The position numbers and the translations under genes were made by a program. A model generated the notes under the pieces. That model was not told the origin of the DNA and searched no databases. It saw only the letters and a program-made list of their open reading frames with translations. A stretch of 60,722 nt of DNA from Nitrososphaerota archaeon (GTDB lineage Archaea > Thermoproteota > Nitrososphaeria_A > Caldarchaeales > Calditenuaceae). Location: the NCBI GenBank assembly GCA_033581555.1, contig JAVQSZ010000003.1, forward strand, positions 118,474 to 179,195. The letters run 5' to 3'. This document shows, one piece after another, positions 1 to 9,531 of the stretch (its first letter is position 1; each line of letters begins with the position of its first letter).

Positions 1-649
1 GGTACGCGACGTAGGGCGAGTTGGCGGTGAACGCGAGCAGGGGCTCGAGGGTCCTATTGGGTCTGGGCACCTCCTTGAACGGAATCATCACGATTCCCGA
101 GATCGCCTCGGCCGCCATCGCGATCGCGAACCCGACCTCGTAGCCGTTGAGGCCCGCCAGCTGAGAGAGGCCGACCGTTATCGTGGCGGAGGCCGCGCCG
201 ACCGTACCCCAGATCTGGGTCCTGGCGATCAGGGCCTGCCTCTCCTCGGGCTCCGAGATGTCCGCCAGCAGGGCGGTGGAAGTGGGTGTGGTCATCGAGA
301 GCGCGACGAACCTCAGGGCCATGATCAGGACGAACTGCTCCGGCGACCTGGTCAGCATCGCAGGTACCCACGTGACCGCCGCTAGGAGGCTCCCCGCGAC
401 TATCCAAGGGACTCGTCTGCCCGACGCGTCGGATAGCCTGCCCCAGAGGGTCTGGACCGCGCTGGTGAAGAGGTTCATCGTGGCGTGGAGGGTTGCGATC
501 GTGACGGGTGAGGCTCCGAGCGTCGCCGCGTAGACTGCTATGAAGGGCTGCGAGGCTCCCAGCGCGAGCGACGAGGAGATGGACCTGGCGTAGAGCAGCC
601 CCAGAGCCCGCCTGGAGTGTCCGGATGACTCATCGACCAATGAGCTCAA
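1..649 (-). CDS. MFS transporter (partial, runs off the window start; not in ORF track)
   Basis: Manual minus-strand translation: ...GLLYARSISSSLALGASQPFIAVYAATLGAS...QTLWGRLSDASGRRVPWIV..., with MFS motif A (GRLSDxxGRR) and several hydrophobic helices. TTG start at 649 (alternative 640), TATA-like element near 671-678. Confidence 0.8.
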   Translation of the reverse strand, partial: MSSLVDESSGHSRRALGLLYARSISSSLALGASQPFIAVYAATLGASPVTIATLHATMNLFTSAVQTLWGRLSDASGRRVPWIVAGSLLAAVTWVPAMLTRSPEQFVLIMALRFVALSMTTPTSTALLADISEPEERQALIARTQIWGTVGAASATITVGLSQLAGLNGYEVGFAIAMAAEAISGIVMIPFKEVPRPNRTLEPLLAFTANSPYVAY

Positions 650-706
650 CAGGCCCGCGTCACAGCAGCTTAGATATAGATCGGAGGCTGGGACGGGCAG
701 AGGGCT

Positions 707-1422
707 TGGGCGGCTTAGGACCGGTATGGGGGGTTGTCGAGGAGGCCCTCGCCGAGATCGCGGACGTCTACGACCGCGTCAACAGGTTCCTCTCGCTCGG
801 GAACGACTTCTCTCTCCGAGTAAGGGGCCTCAGGGAGGTCTCGATCAGGGACGCGAGGAGGGTGCTGGACGCCGGCGCGGGGCCCGGGACGCTCTCGAAG
901 CTGGTCCTGAGGGAGAACGGCAAGGCGGACCTCGTGGCGCTGGAGCCGCTGTGGGCGATGTGCGAGAGGGCGAGGCTGATAGTTTCCTACAGGTTCTCCC
1001 TGGTCCGGGGCGTCTTCGAGAACGCTCCATTCAGGGACGGCGTCTTCGACCGGGTGGTCACGAGCTTCGCGATAAGGGACGCGATCGACCTCGATGCTGC
1101 CCTCTCGGAGCTCCACAGGGTCATGGGGGAAGGGGCGAGGCTGATGATCTGCGACATCACCAAGCCGAACTTCGGGCCACTGAAGTTCCTCTTCGCAGTC
1201 TACTGGTTCACCGTAGCTCCCTTCCTCGGGATGTTGGCCGCCGGCTCGAGGGGCCTCAAGGTCTGGTTCATCTACCCGACCTACGTAAGGTGGCCGAGCG
1301 TGAGGGAGCTCAGGTCGCGGGTCGCGAGGCGCTTCGAGGTCCTCAGCTTCAGGTGGGCGATATTCAGGGGCGCGTTCTCGTTGGTGGCTCAGAAGATCCC
1401 CTCCGACCAGATGAGCAGGTAG
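707..1422 (+). CDS. UbiE/MenG-family SAM-dependent methyltransferase
   Basis: IADVYDRVNRFLSLG N-terminal motif, VLDAGAGPG SAM motif I, FDRVVTSFAIRD, ELHRVM. Start shortened from 625 to TTG 707. Confidence 0.8.
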
Positions 1423-2318
1423 ACGACGTAGAGGGCGGCGACCGCTCCCGACAGTCGGACCCTCACAGTCGAGATGCACGCGATCAGCGCCGCTGCGCCC
1501 GCGACGTAAACGGGGATCACGCTGAGGCCCCGTAATGACGGAGCCATGCCGGTGAACAGGAGGCCGGCGCCGAAGACGAAAGTCGCCTGGATCGCGTTCT
1601 CGCCAGCCAGCAACGAAGCGGCCGCGTCACCCTTCCCCTTGAGGGCCCAGTAGAAGGCCACGATCACCTCCTCCATGCACGTCGCCAACGGCGAGAGGAG
1701 CATCGTCACCGCGAAGGGGTCCACGGCTGCGGACACCGTCAAGATGAAGCGCTCCGCGCCGAGCGTCATCGATAGCACTCCGGCGAGAGCCTGCGCGAAG
1801 GCGACGGGGAAGCTCCTGACCCCCAGCAGCCTCTCGGCGACCGAGAGTTCCCTTCCCCCCATCGGCTCGCCCTCCTCCGTAACGATCCTCTTGGCCACGG
1901 GCACGTAAGCGACCACGTAAGCGAGCCCCGCAGCCCTCACGGCCCACCCGCTCAGAAAAGAGGTGACCGGGAGCAGGGAGGCTCCTACGGCGAACGAGGC
2001 GTAGAGCGGGACGATCTGGCGGAGGCTCACCTTAGCGGCGCCCGAGGCCGCCAGCACCGGGAACCCCAGCAGCAGCGTGATCGAGGGCGCGGAGAGGACG
2101 CTCGCGACTCCCACCTCTCCCCTGACGCCGCCTCCGGGGAGCGATGCGACCAACGCGATGAAGGTCTCGGGAAGGGCCGTAAGGGCCGCGGCCAGGAGGG
2201 CGCCGGTCGCGTGTCGGGTGAGGCCCAACCTCTGCCCAAACGCCTCAACCGCGTCGACGAACGCGAAGGTCCCAACGAGAGTCAGGGTGATCGCGCCCGC
2301 CAGATCGATCGCGTCCAT
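1389..2318 (-). CDS. Ca2+/cation antiporter (CaCA, Na/Ca exchanger) family membrane protein
   Basis: Two alpha-repeat-like motifs, ALLAAALTALPE and LLSPLATCMEE...LLAGENAIQ; multi-TM. Likely start ATG 2318 (MDAIDL). Confidence 0.75.
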   Translation of the reverse strand: MDAIDLAGAITLTLVGTFAFVDAVEAFGQRLGLTRHATGALLAAALTALPETFIALVASLPGGGVRGEVGVASVLSAPSITLLLGFPVLAASGAAKVSLRQIVPLYASFAVGASLLPVTSFLSGWAVRAAGLAYVVAYVPVAKRIVTEEGEPMGGRELSVAERLLGVRSFPVAFAQALAGVLSMTLGAERFILTVSAAVDPFAVTMLLSPLATCMEEVIVAFYWALKGKGDAAASLLAGENAIQATFVFGAGLLFTGMAPSLRGLSVIPVYVAGAAALIACISTVRVRLSGAVAALYVVYLLIWSEGIF

Positions 2319-2430
2319 CCGACAGTCCCCGAAGCCCACGCGTAATAACGTGTTATCAGAGTGCACTCGCCGAACACGGCGTGGGGCGGGGAGCGAGACG
2401 GTTTTAGCCCCGGAGCGAGCGGACGCGGAC

Positions 2431-2847
2431 GTGCCACCCAAGCCCCGCGACAGGTCCAGCAGGAGGTACAGGCGCAGGATCGGGTACGAGGGCGAGTACC
2501 AGCTGATAAGGTCCTTCATCGAGAGGGGCGAGCCGGGGTACTACGCGATCAGGACGCCCGGGAGCGGCACCGGCAAGACGACCCTGAAGCCCGACGTGGT
2601 CGCTGTCGACGGCGGAGAGCTTTACGCGATCGAGGTCAAGTCGACGAACCGGAGCGAGGTCCACGTCCCGAGGGAGCAGGTCGAGAGGCTCCTCGAGTTC
2701 ACGAAGATGTTCGTCGTCAAGTGTCCGTCGTGCGGCCGCGCAATCAGGCCCAAGCCGGTCATCGCGGTGCGGTTCCTCGGGAGGGGATGGGTCCTGAAGG
2801 AGGTCGACGAGCAGACGGGCTCGATCGTCATCAAGACCGGTGGGTAA
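2431..2847 (+). CDS. hjc: Holliday junction resolvase Hjc
   Basis: GYEGE...TPGSG...PDVVA...IEVKS (E-PD-EVK catalytic pattern), EQVERLLEF, PVIAVRF. GTG start 2431 about 25 nt after TTTTAG. Confidence 0.85.
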   Translation: MPPKPRDRSSRRYRRRIGYEGEYQLIRSFIERGEPGYYAIRTPGSGTGKTTLKPDVVAVDGGELYAIEVKSTNRSEVHVPREQVERLLEFTKMFVVKCPSCGRAIRPKPVIAVRFLGRGWVLKEVDEQTGSIVIKTGG

Positions 2848-2946
2848 TTCCGATCAAGCAGACCTGCACGCCTCCGAGCTGAGACGTCGAGGCTCGACCC
2901 CCGTGTTTTCAGGTTTAATTGGTCGAAGTTCCTCCCAGACCGGCAG

Positions 2947-3444
2947 ATGGGCGACCCCAAGAGGCCGAGGAAGACGTACGAGACGCCGAGGCACCCGTGG
3001 AAGGCCGACAGGCTGATGGAGGAGCTGAGATTAGTGGGGGAGTACGGGCTGAGGAACAAGAGGGAGCTCTGGAAGGCCCAGGCGATCCTAAGGAAGTACA
3101 GGAAGATCGCGAGGTCGCTCTTCGTCCTCACGGGCGAGGAGAGGATGAGGAGGGAGTCGGAGCTCATCAGGACGCTGGCGAAGTACGGACTGGTCTCCGA
3201 GAACGCGACTGCTGACGACGTCCTCAAGCTCACCGTCAGGGACATCCTTGAGAGGAGGCTCCAGACGATCGTCTACAGGATGGGCCTGGCTAGAACCGTG
3301 TACCACGCGAGGCAGCTCATAGTCCACGGGCACGTCGCGATCGGGGATCAAGTGGTTAGTGTACCGGGTCGCTTGATCGAGAAGGGCGAGGAGGGGTCGA
3401 TAAGGCTCCTTCTGGCTCAGAAGGCTGCTCAGGCTCGAGGGTAG
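2947..3444 (+). CDS. rps4: 30S ribosomal protein S4
   Basis: MGDPKRPRKTYETPRHPW, YGLRNKRELW, LERRLQTIVYRMGLA, ARQLIVHGH. Confidence 0.97.
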   Translation: MGDPKRPRKTYETPRHPWKADRLMEELRLVGEYGLRNKRELWKAQAILRKYRKIARSLFVLTGEERMRRESELIRTLAKYGLVSENATADDVLKLTVRDILERRLQTIVYRMGLARTVYHARQLIVHGHVAIGDQVVSVPGRLIEKGEEGSIRLLLAQKAAQARG

Positions 3445-3517
3445 GCGCAGATAGCACCGAAGGGCTCACGGCCTCCCGAATCTAGCATCAATCGCTACAA
3501 CCGCTGAGCGGTGAAAC

Positions 3518-3916
3518 TCAGCCCCTGAGCGCCCTCTCTACTAGTTCTCCAATCTTCCTGTTGAACGCCTCAACTTCCCGCATTTTGGCGAGGACCGTCG
3601 CTGGCTCCAAGAACTCGTGGTAGAAGTTCGCGTGAAGCGCCTCCGCGACGTCCTCGAAGGTCCGCCATATCTCCTCGTCGCCCGTCTCCACTGCGAGCTG
3701 CTTCACGAACTCCTTCATCTCCCCATGGGAGGTGAGGGCGCGGCCCTTCGTCGCGGCGTACGCCATGACCGCATTCACGGCGCTTCCCCACAGCATCTCC
3801 GACGCCTTGGCGACCTCGTTCGACCTCAGCAGGTCGCCGGCCTGCCTCAGCAGCTCCTCGCTCCTCCTCAGGTAGCTCCTAACCCGTTCTAGTGAAAGGC
3901 TCCTCCCTGAACTCAA
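3518..3916 (-). CDS. PaREP1-family (HEPN-like) protein
   Basis: KASEMLWGSAVNAV...SHGEM...ALHANFYH matches the PaREP1 pattern. Exact start uncertain. Confidence 0.75.
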   Translation of the reverse strand: MSSGRSLSLERVRSYLRRSEELLRQAGDLLRSNEVAKASEMLWGSAVNAVMAYAATKGRALTSHGEMKEFVKQLAVETGDEEIWRTFEDVAEALHANFYHEFLEPATVLAKMREVEAFNRKIGELVERALRG

Positions 3917-4088
3917 GGAACTTCTCCTCGCTGTCGAGCCTGATCACGCCCCTCCTCAACAGCGCCTCGACCCTTACCAGCCAACCCTCGTCCTCCCTCC
4001 TGACCTCGTTGACCCAGACGTAGACCCAGCCGGCCTTCCTCGCGACCTCTATCGCCCTCTCCATCGCGACCTCGGCATCGACGGGCAC
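3879..4088 (-). CDS. Small hypothetical protein (PepSY-like helix plus beta strands)
   Basis: 69 aa with native codon style; amphipathic helix (AEVAMERAIEVARK) then beta strands (WLVRV, VIRLD). TATA-like element near 4124-4130. Confidence 0.55.
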   Translation of the reverse strand: MPVDAEVAMERAIEVARKAGWVYVWVNEVRREDEGWLVRVEALLRRGVIRLDSEEKFLEFREEPFTRTG

Positions 4089-4278
4089 TCCCTCCCCCGT
4101 CTACAGTTAACGTCAGGGGTCGAATATTAAGAGCGTAGAGAGACGAAGCGTTCGAGGGACTTCAGCCGCGCTAGAGCGTAGCAGTTCGGTCCTCGCGGAG
4201 AGACGAGTTGTCGGGAACAGGGCGCGTCGTTCGGGGGCTTGCGGACGCATGGGAGCGACCGATCGCCAACCGTCCGGC

Positions 4279-7110
4279 TCACTTGAACGCCTGCAACAGC
4301 TTCTCCTTCTCCGCCTCCATGATCAGCTCGAAGAGCCTCGGGACGGGCCTGCTCTCGGCCTCGAGGATGCGCTCTGCGTCCTTCGGGGTGAGACCGCGTC
4401 CCACCAGCGCGATCGCGGCGGACTTCCCGTACCTCTCGACGAGTTGGGCAGTCGACTCGAGCTCACGCTTCGCCCTCCGCTCCTCCGCCGACGCAGCTCT
4501 CCCCCTCTTCGCGATTAGAGATTGGACCTGCTCCTCCGCAGACCTCTTGAGGAGGCCGAGCCTCCTCGAGCCGCACTCGGGGCAGGACGGCCTGGGCTCG
4601 ATCGAACCGACGTCTGTCGTCCGGAGGTAGGAATAGCACTCGACGCAGACGAGTGTGACCCTCTCGGACATCAGCCTCCCCTTGACCATGTTCAGCACGA
4701 CCCTCGAGACCCTGTCGGGGACGTGGCTCTCGAACTCGTAGAGGTACCTGTTGACGGTGAGGGCCCCGAGCGGGCTCAGCCTCTCCAACCTGACCGCGAC
4801 CAGCTGGACCTCGCCCCTTACGATCCTCTCCAGCTCCCTCTTCGCGCCCTCCCAGTCGAAGTCGGTCGATGCCGTGAACCTGAGGGCCTCAACGTACGGC
4901 GCGGTGTCCCTCAGCGCCTCCACGAGCTGCCTGGCACCGACGTCGAGCAGGCTCGCTTCCTTCTCGACGACGCCCATCTTCCTCGCGACGTGGACGAGCC
5001 TCCTCCTGAAGACCCCCGATCCCTCCAGCGCCCTCCTCATCAGGCCCTCGTCGGCGAGCTCCCCCAGCGACTCGGAGACCGCCTCCGGCGAGAGCAGCTT
5101 CGACCTCAGGGCGATCCTGTAAGGGTCAGAGAGGACCGAGATCGGGGCGCCGAGCCTCTCCGCGAGCAACGTCGCCAACAACCTCGCGATCGTCCTGTTG
5201 ATCCTCAGGCCGCCGCAGTGGTGGACGATAACGTACTCGCCCGCGCCCTCGACGACGACGAGCCTGTCGGTGGGGACGGGGATCCTGAGTCCTATGTGGG
5301 CCTCCACCTCCGAGAGGGACCTCCTCATGTCCTCGAGCGGGACCGAGTAATCCCCGGCCAGGACCTCAGCGGCCGAGGCCGGGTCGACGCCGGACCTCCT
5401 CATCTCCTCGTACCGCCTCCTGATGCTCCCGACCTCCTGCGCGACCTCGAAGGGGACGGGTATCTCGTCACCGACCCAAGAGGGCACCGCCCCCTCTCCC
5501 TCCTTAAGGGGAGCGACGTAGATCCTGTCGCCAGACATGCTGAGGATGACCCAGCCCCTCCCCCCGAGGATGAACCTGGTCCCGACCTCGCCGTACTCCG
5601 CGACGAAGCTCTCGTCGAGCGTCCCAACCGGAGAGCCGGTCTCCTCCTCAACGACCAGGTACTGCCTCTCCTCGGGGATCATCGAGAGGTTCCCGAAGTA
5701 GTAGTCGTACAGCCTCTTCGGGTTCGGAGGCCTCTGGACAGAGCCGTCCTGAACTCTGAGGAGACCGATGCTCGCGCCGAACTGCAGGACCGACTCCAGG
5801 TCCTCCCTCGGGAAGTCCGAGAAGTTATAGGACCTCCTCAGGAACTCGAGGAGATCGTCGACGCCGATGCTTCCACGCTCGATCAAGATCCCCGCGATCT
5901 GGTGGAGGGCGACGTCCAACGGGTTCCTCACGACCGCAGTCGGTTCCAGAGCCATCTGCTTCGCTCGCCCCGCGATCACCATCGCCTCGAGAGCGTCGTC
6001 GGAGTCCATCACGATCACGACGCCCTTCGACCTCATCCCGATGCCGTGGCCGCTCCTCCCGACCCTCTGAACGAGCCTCGTGACCTCCCTCGGGGAGTTG
6101 TACTGGACGATCAGGTCGACCTTCCCTATGTCGATCCCCATCTCGAGGCTCGAGGTGCAGATCAGCCCCCTGAGGTCGCCGTACTTCAGGTCCCTCTCGG
6201 CCTCGACCCTCCTGTCCCTCGAAAGGGAGCCGTGGTGGATGGTGACCGGGAAGGCCTCGTCGAGCGCCTTGAACCTGTTCGCGAGGACCTCCGCAAGCGG
6301 CCTCGTGTTGGTGAAGACTAGCGTCGACCGGTGCGACTCGACCAGCGTCCTGATCGCGTTCAGCCTGGCTGCGACGTCAGGGGCGACGCCGAGATACTCC
6401 GCGACCTGCCTGTCCTCCGCGGAGGGGACAGGGTAGAGGATCGTGACCTCCATCTCCTTCGGCATCGGAACCTTCACCACCTTGCAGTCCCTGCCGACCC
6501 CTACAAGGAAGTTCGCGACGACGTCCGCGCTCCCCACCGTGGCGGAGAGCCCTATGACCTGGAAGTCCCTCCCTGTCAGCGCCCTCAGCCTCTCCAGCGC
6601 TACCGAGAGCTGCGCTCCCCTCTTGTCGGTCGCGAGCTCGTGAACCTCGTCGACGATCACCCACCTGACGTTTGCGAGGTGCCTCCTGAGGACCTTCGCG
6701 GTGAGGAGGGACTGGAGCGTCTCGGGGGTTGTGATGAGCAACATGGGCGGCCTGAGGGCGTGGGCCCTCCGCTCGGAGGGGGTGGTGTCGCCGTGTCTGA
6801 CCGCGACCGGGACGTCGAGCCTCTGCGACCACCAGCTCACCCTGTCGAGGAGGTCCCTGTTCAGCGCCCTGAGGGGGGTGACGTAGAGTGCCGCGACCGG
6901 TCTGAGGTCCCTGTTCACGACAATCTCGCTGAGGATCGGGAGCAGCGCCGCCTCGGTCTTCCCTGAGCCGGTGGGCGCCATAAGCAGGACGTTCTCGCCC
7001 TTGACAACGTGGGGTATCGCGGCCCGCTGAGTCTCCGCGAGGGACCCGAACCGCTCGACCACCGCCTCCCTCACCGGCCTCGCGAGCAGCTCCAGCGGGT
7101 CGATCAGCAT
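4279..7110 (-). CDS. lhr: Lhr-family ATP-dependent helicase with C-terminal Zn finger
   Basis: APTGSGKT, DEVH, LSAT, HHGSLS, SSLEMGID, QRVGRSGH; C-terminal CVEC...CPECG. Confidence 0.93.
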   Translation of the reverse strand: MLIDPLELLARPVREAVVERFGSLAETQRAAIPHVVKGENVLLMAPTGSGKTEAALLPILSEIVVNRDLRPVAALYVTPLRALNRDLLDRVSWWSQRLDVPVAVRHGDTTPSERRAHALRPPMLLITTPETLQSLLTAKVLRRHLANVRWVIVDEVHELATDKRGAQLSVALERLRALTGRDFQVIGLSATVGSADVVANFLVGVGRDCKVVKVPMPKEMEVTILYPVPSAEDRQVAEYLGVAPDVAARLNAIRTLVESHRSTLVFTNTRPLAEVLANRFKALDEAFPVTIHHGSLSRDRRVEAERDLKYGDLRGLICTSSLEMGIDIGKVDLIVQYNSPREVTRLVQRVGRSGHGIGMRSKGVVIVMDSDDALEAMVIAGRAKQMALEPTAVVRNPLDVALHQIAGILIERGSIGVDDLLEFLRRSYNFSDFPREDLESVLQFGASIGLLRVQDGSVQRPPNPKRLYDYYFGNLSMIPEERQYLVVEEETGSPVGTLDESFVAEYGEVGTRFILGGRGWVILSMSGDRIYVAPLKEGEGAVPSWVGDEIPVPFEVAQEVGSIRRRYEEMRRSGVDPASAAEVLAGDYSVPLEDMRRSLSEVEAHIGLRIPVPTDRLVVVEGAGEYVIVHHCGGLRINRTIARLLATLLAERLGAPISVLSDPYRIALRSKLLSPEAVSESLGELADEGLMRRALEGSGVFRRRLVHVARKMGVVEKEASLLDVGARQLVEALRDTAPYVEALRFTASTDFDWEGAKRELERIVRGEVQLVAVRLERLSPLGALTVNRYLYEFESHVPDRVSRVVLNMVKGRLMSERVTLVCVECYSYLRTTDVGSIEPRPSCPECGSRRLGLLKRSAEEQVQSLIAKRGRAASAEERRAKRELESTAQLVERYGKSAAIALVGRGLTPKDAERILEAESRPVPRLFELIMEAEKEKLLQAFK

Positions 7111-7205
7111 CCGTGTCCTCTCCGGCCGCCGACTATCTATAGCCGAGTTCGCCTCCGATCGATCCTCACAAGGCCTAAATAGGTGACTGAGTCAAGTTAC
7201 GTGCG

Positions 7206-7454
7206 ATGAGCGACAAGGCTCTGGGGTATCTCCTGCTGATTGGGTCCGTCCTCGGGATACTGCTGTACGGGTGGCTCGTGCTGCTGAGCCCCTGGTCGAT
7301 GATCGTGCTGCAGGTGACGGCTTTCCTGGCTGTCGCGGGGGTGTTAGCGATACTCGCCTGGATCGGTTACACGCTGGCTACGACGCCTCCACCCGAGCCT
7401 ATCCCGGAGCTTGAGACCGCGAGCGCCACGCAGGAGAAGAAGGAGGAGAATTAA
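7206..7454 (+). CDS. Small two-TM membrane protein
   Basis: Two hydrophobic helices, WIGYTLATTPPP motif and acidic tail; TATA-like CTAAATA upstream. Confidence 0.7.
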   Translation: MSDKALGYLLLIGSVLGILLYGWLVLLSPWSMIVLQVTAFLAVAGVLAILAWIGYTLATTPPPEPIPELETASATQEKKEEN

Positions 7455-7488
7455 GCTAAGGATCGGTCACATTACAGAGCCTCATCCG

Positions 7489-8124
7489 TCAGAATCTCCT
7501 GCCGCAGTAGGGGCAGAACTTGGCGTCCTTCGGTATCTCGGCGCCGCAATCGGGGCAACTCATCGTCTCTTCGCCGACCTCAGGGGGTGCACCGAGCTCC
7601 GGTTCCGCGGCAGCCGGCTTAGTTTCCTCTTCTGGACCGGTGGAGGGCGGAGATGGTTCAGGCGCTTTCACCTCTGGCTCGGCCGGGGCCTGCTCCGGGG
7701 GAGCCTCGGGCGGGGGTCGGACCTCGACCTCGGGGACTGCGGCCCTCGGTCCGAGGAGGTGACCGACGGCTCCGGACGCGGCGCAGAAGGCTAACACCAG
7801 CACGACGAGTCCTAACGCGGGCTCCGGGACCGCGAACGAAACCAGCGTCGTCATGGGCTCCCAAAGCCCGACGTAATACCTGAGGTCCACCACTGCTAGG
7901 ACGTAGAGCAGCCCCAGGAGGACACCGAGCGAGGCGCTGCCCGCAGACCCCGTGAAGGACCGCATGAGGACCCCTGGGACGAGGACGACGACCGCCAGGG
8001 CGACGAGCCAGTAGAACGGCAGCGCGACCTCGCCGGTCTGAAGGAGGCTCTGCAGGACCGCGGGTAGCGAGAGCACCAGCGCTACGACCGCCACCGATGC
8101 CGTCACCCTCGCGACCGATGCCAT
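7489..8124 (-). CDS. Membrane protein with Pro/Glu linker and C-terminal zinc ribbon
   Basis: About 4 TM helices, Pro/Glu-rich linker, CPDCG...CPYCG; TTTATAAA upstream. Confidence 0.75.
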   Translation of the reverse strand: MASVARVTASVAVVALVLSLPAVLQSLLQTGEVALPFYWLVALAVVVLVPGVLMRSFTGSAGSASLGVLLGLLYVLAVVDLRYYVGLWEPMTTLVSFAVPEPALGLVVLVLAFCAASGAVGHLLGPRAAVPEVEVRPPPEAPPEQAPAEPEVKAPEPSPPSTGPEEETKPAAAEPELGAPPEVGEETMSCPDCGAEIPKDAKFCPYCGRRF

Positions 8125-8194
8125 CCGCTATCCGGTCAGACCCACGCCCAACTTTATAAAATAAGTTATTTGCGGAGGACGGTTCTGGTGGACC

Positions 8195-9397
8195 TCAGAC
8201 CTCGAACCCGAGCACCTTCCTGACCAGGTGCCTGATTATCACGAGCCTCTGGATCTCGGAGGTCCCCTCGTAGATCTTCATGATCTGCGTGTCCCTCAGG
8301 AACCTCTCGACCATCCCGTCGACCGCGACGCCCATGCCCCCGTGGATCTCGATCGCCCTGAGGGCGGCCCTCTCCGCGGCCTCGGTCGCGAAGAGCTTGG
8401 CTAGGGAGGCTGCGATGATCGAGCGCTCGTCGAGGCCCTTGTTCAGCAGGTAGGCTGCCCAGTAGGTCAGGAGCCTCGCGGCCTCGAGGTCCCTCAGCAT
8501 GTCGGAGAGGTAGAACTGGATCGCTTGGAAGGCTAGTATCGGCCGCTCGAAGGCGATCCTCTGGGCCGCGTAGTTGAGGCTCTTCTCGAAGACCCCTTGA
8601 AGGACGCCCACAGCCTGCGCCGCTATTCCGACCCTCCCGTAGTCGTAGGTGACCATCGCGACCTTGAAGCCGTCGCCGACCTCGCCCAGGACCGCGTCCT
8701 CCGGAACCCAGCAGTCGTTCAGGATCACCTCCGAAGGCATCGAGCCCCTCAGGCCGGTGACCTGTATCTTCTCGCCGACCCTCAGGCCGGGGTTGTCGCG
8801 CTCGACGATGAACATCGTCAGCCCCTTCCACCTCTCGTGCCTGCTCGGCGGGTCGCTGGTCCTAGCTAGCACCACGAAGTAGTCCGCCTTGTCAGCTCCG
8901 GTGATGAAGTATTTCTGGCCGTTGAGTAACCAGCCTCCGTCCTTCCTCACGGCCCTCGTCTTTATCCCCGCGACGTCGCTGCCAGCGCCGGGCTCGGTTG
9001 TCGCGTGGGCGGCGGACTTCTGGCCCGAGGCGAGGGGCGGGATGTACTTCCTCTTCTGCTCCTCCGTCCCGAAGACGAGGACGGGAGTCGTGAAGAGGCC
9101 CCTGACCAGGGTAGCGGCCGAGAAGGCGGGGCAGACCCTACTGACCTCCTCGGTGTAGATGACGACGTTCAGATAGTCGGAGCCCTGTCCGCCGTACTCC
9201 TCGGGTATGCCGAGCCCCATGAAGCCGTTCTCCGCGGCCATCTTGATGAGCTCCGTGGGGATCGCGTTGGTCTGCTCGATCTCCTTGACCCTCGGCTCGA
9301 GGTACCGCTCTACGAACTGCCTCACGACCTTCCTGAAGAGCTCATGGTCCTCGGTTATTGGCACGTGGAAGTCGGTAATCGAGTCGTATGGCAGCAT
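8195..9397 (-). CDS. Acyl-CoA dehydrogenase
   Basis: GIPEEYGG, TEPGAGSD, LNGQKYFIT, FQAIQF, IHGGMG, IYEGTSEIQR. Confidence 0.95.
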   Translation of the reverse strand: MLPYDSITDFHVPITEDHELFRKVVRQFVERYLEPRVKEIEQTNAIPTELIKMAAENGFMGLGIPEEYGGQGSDYLNVVIYTEEVSRVCPAFSAATLVRGLFTTPVLVFGTEEQKRKYIPPLASGQKSAAHATTEPGAGSDVAGIKTRAVRKDGGWLLNGQKYFITGADKADYFVVLARTSDPPSRHERWKGLTMFIVERDNPGLRVGEKIQVTGLRGSMPSEVILNDCWVPEDAVLGEVGDGFKVAMVTYDYGRVGIAAQAVGVLQGVFEKSLNYAAQRIAFERPILAFQAIQFYLSDMLRDLEAARLLTYWAAYLLNKGLDERSIIAASLAKLFATEAAERAALRAIEIHGGMGVAVDGMVERFLRDTQIMKIYEGTSEIQRLVIIRHLVRKVLGFEV

Positions 9398-9531
9398 CTC
9401 GACAAGTATTTCGATCCAGTCCGTGATAAGCCTAACTTCTTTCCTGAGGACTCGGCCCGCAGCCCAGCATCACCGCGAAGGAGCGGTCGGGTCGCCCTGA
9501 AGACGTACTCCTCGACCGACGCGATGCGACT

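Noticed and set aside
4522-6321. Long antisense or alternate-frame ORFs (for example 4522-6321, 22697-23968, 50479-52221)
   Set aside because: Shadow ORFs of well-supported genes, expected in GC-rich DNA; no recognisable motifs.
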